Positions 62,110 to 64,000 of a stretch of 64,000 nucleotides of DNA are shown piece after piece. Location: positions 73,594,001 to 73,658,000 of the forward strand of contig NC_134473.1 in NCBI RefSeq assembly GCF_964194025.1, in the 5' to 3' direction. This DNA comes from Convolutriloba macropyga. Lineage: Eukaryota. The notes beneath the pieces are model-generated. The model made no database searches, was not told where the DNA came from, and saw only the letters and a list, made by a program, of their open reading frames with translations. Position 1 is the stretch's first letter. Each line of letters begins with the position of its first letter. The translations under genes were made by a program, and so were the position numbers.

Positions 62110-64000
62110 TCCTGGACACTATATCGTTCTTCAATGCTGTTAAGGAAACGTGATGATATTGTATGCCAGTCTGTTGGTGATTGTTGTTCCAATGCAACAC
62201 GTAAACCTGCGCAAGATAAATCGCATTCGAAACGGGTTTCTAGATGTGGAAAATAATAAGTTTTTTGGGTTTAATTGCTCTTTTTAATGTGTTGTTTCTA
62301 TTTCATTATTCCCTTCAAGTTTGGTGTTCTTTTTTAAAAAAGTGCGTGGTGGATAAATTAGTTGTAACATTTTTGGAGTGGGTTTTCCCAAATAATGTAC
62401 TGGGCCTCAGAATGAACGTAACTGTTTAAGATTTTAAGGTATATTTACAATTCCTGAACTTTTTGGTTCTAATGGGAAGATGCCTGATTGATTAATTTTA
62501 TAGCCATTCATGTCAGAGTGCACCTAAGTAAGGTAATTCTAAGGTTATTCTGGTCGCGTTTTTTATTACATTGATAGATTAACTTTAGATGTTCCTCTTT
62601 AGTTCCTCGACTAACAACAATTATACCACCAAGGAAACAACTTGTCTTCTTAAATCCAACTGGAGTTTAATCCATTACATTTTGGAATGCTGCCGGCATG
62701 TCAATGAGACCGTATAAAGTGATAACAAATTACTTTCGATTGACTAACAGAGATTCCTAGCTGAAAGAAAATATCACGTACAATGATTGTTCGATGTCCG
62801 TTTTCTACGACTGTTACTTAACATTTTTAGCCGACCAGTCGTTGCATTATATTCTAGTGTTGATGACGCCAACGATCTTGATTACATCAATTGAGGATGT
62901 TTTTAAGTCTTGAAGTCCTGACAGCTCTAAACACTAGTTATTCTTGTTGTTCAGAACCACTGCAAATCGCAAGTTTTTCTTGGATAATTGTGCAGACGCT
63001 GCCGGGATCCACTAATGTTGTCGTCTAAATGTTGCCGAAATGTGAATGTACAATGACTTGTTTTAATTCCCTAAAGTTAAAGTTCTACGTAATCAGTCGT
63101 CTTCTGCATCGTAGAGATTGTCTTTTTTAGCATACTTTTGATTTTGTTGACTTGTTAACCTGATAACCTACCGATAGTGACGTTCCTACTGTACCGGTTT
63201 CAGATTTTATATCTTCTACGTTGTTGACTCTAAGTTTTGTTTCATAGGGTTTTGGTTTGGGCTTTTTGCGAAGTGATTGTTAATAATAACACACCTTTTG
63301 TTTGCACGCTTCTCATTGTGCTGGACACTTTTGGCGATAGCCAGAAGAGCATGTATAGCAGCAGTGAGGACAGGGGGTTGGTTTGTATTTATTTGAACTA
63401 GTCGTGGGGTTGTTTCACGCTGTATGGATGTTGTTAGCCGACTCGTTAATGTTTGAACTGGACATCGTTTAGGCAGAAGTTCCCGAAATTTTGCATTAAT
63501 GTCTAATTCTAACGCTTTCTTAGGGGATAGTGGAGGTAGATTTACTTTATCCGGATTGCGTTGCGTAGAATGTCGATATAAATTCCGTTTTGAGCAATGA
63601 CTGCTAACTTCAGAATGATTGGCTTCTTTTTCATTGGAGTGGGAGTTTTCCAAATGGGTTCAAATCCAACAAAGGTACTTTCTTTTGGTGCTGATAGCAC
63701 CATATGATACTCTGTTTGTTAGGTTATCAATTGTATTTCTAATGCTGCCTAATTTTGATGAACTGGATTTGAGGCACAAATCCGTATTTAGATGTGGCAC
63801 TTGAGATCTCTGTTTTTTGAAATAGAATTGTAAAGCTGACGCGAATTCACGCTGAGAATATGCCTTGGAGAGCTGCTAAGTTCCTCTTCGAATTATTATG
63901 CAGTCAAAATAGAATTAAAAGAACAACTGAACTTAGGATTAAGAAGAGAGTGAATTGTTAAAAAAAAAGGGTGGCATGATCAATTTTTCATCCTTTTTGG
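62110..64000 (-). mobile_element. Diverged, internally deleted duplicate of the gag-PR-RT-RNaseH part of Gypsy 2
   Basis: 62115-62725 matches 59815-60430 and 62738-63882 matches 60900-62060 (roughly 85-90% by eye). Confidence 0.85.

Overview
AT-rich, repeat-dense eukaryotic (metazoan-like) genomic DNA with spliceosomal introns. It is not prokaryotic and has no CRISPR, rRNA or tRNA. Two host genes can be assembled by hand from short exons the ORF track mostly misses. (1) On the minus strand, a class A GPCR of the melatonin-receptor-like type (TM1-TM5 exons at 20240-20357, 19720-19883, 3820-3890, 2966-3133 and 2433-2548 or 270-385; TM6-7 lie left of the window). It has a duplicated TM5 exon, an apparent GG 5' splice site, and a 15.8-kb intron filled by a ~15.2-kb palindrome of two tail-to-tail BEL/Pao LTR retrotransposons. 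(2) On the plus strand, a 299-aa tetraspanin (31023-45944) in which both partners of the canonical CCG-to-EGC disulfide are replaced (ACG ... EGL) and exon 2 is tandemly duplicated. The rest is TE debris: nested Helentron-type non-autonomous elements carrying a ~165-bp satellite, CCCAGG-ended (EnSpm/CACTA-like) elements, a Merlin-like MITE, LINE relics, and a ~13-kb head-to-tail stack of decayed Ty3/Gypsy elements. All identities quoted are by-eye estimates; no searches were run.
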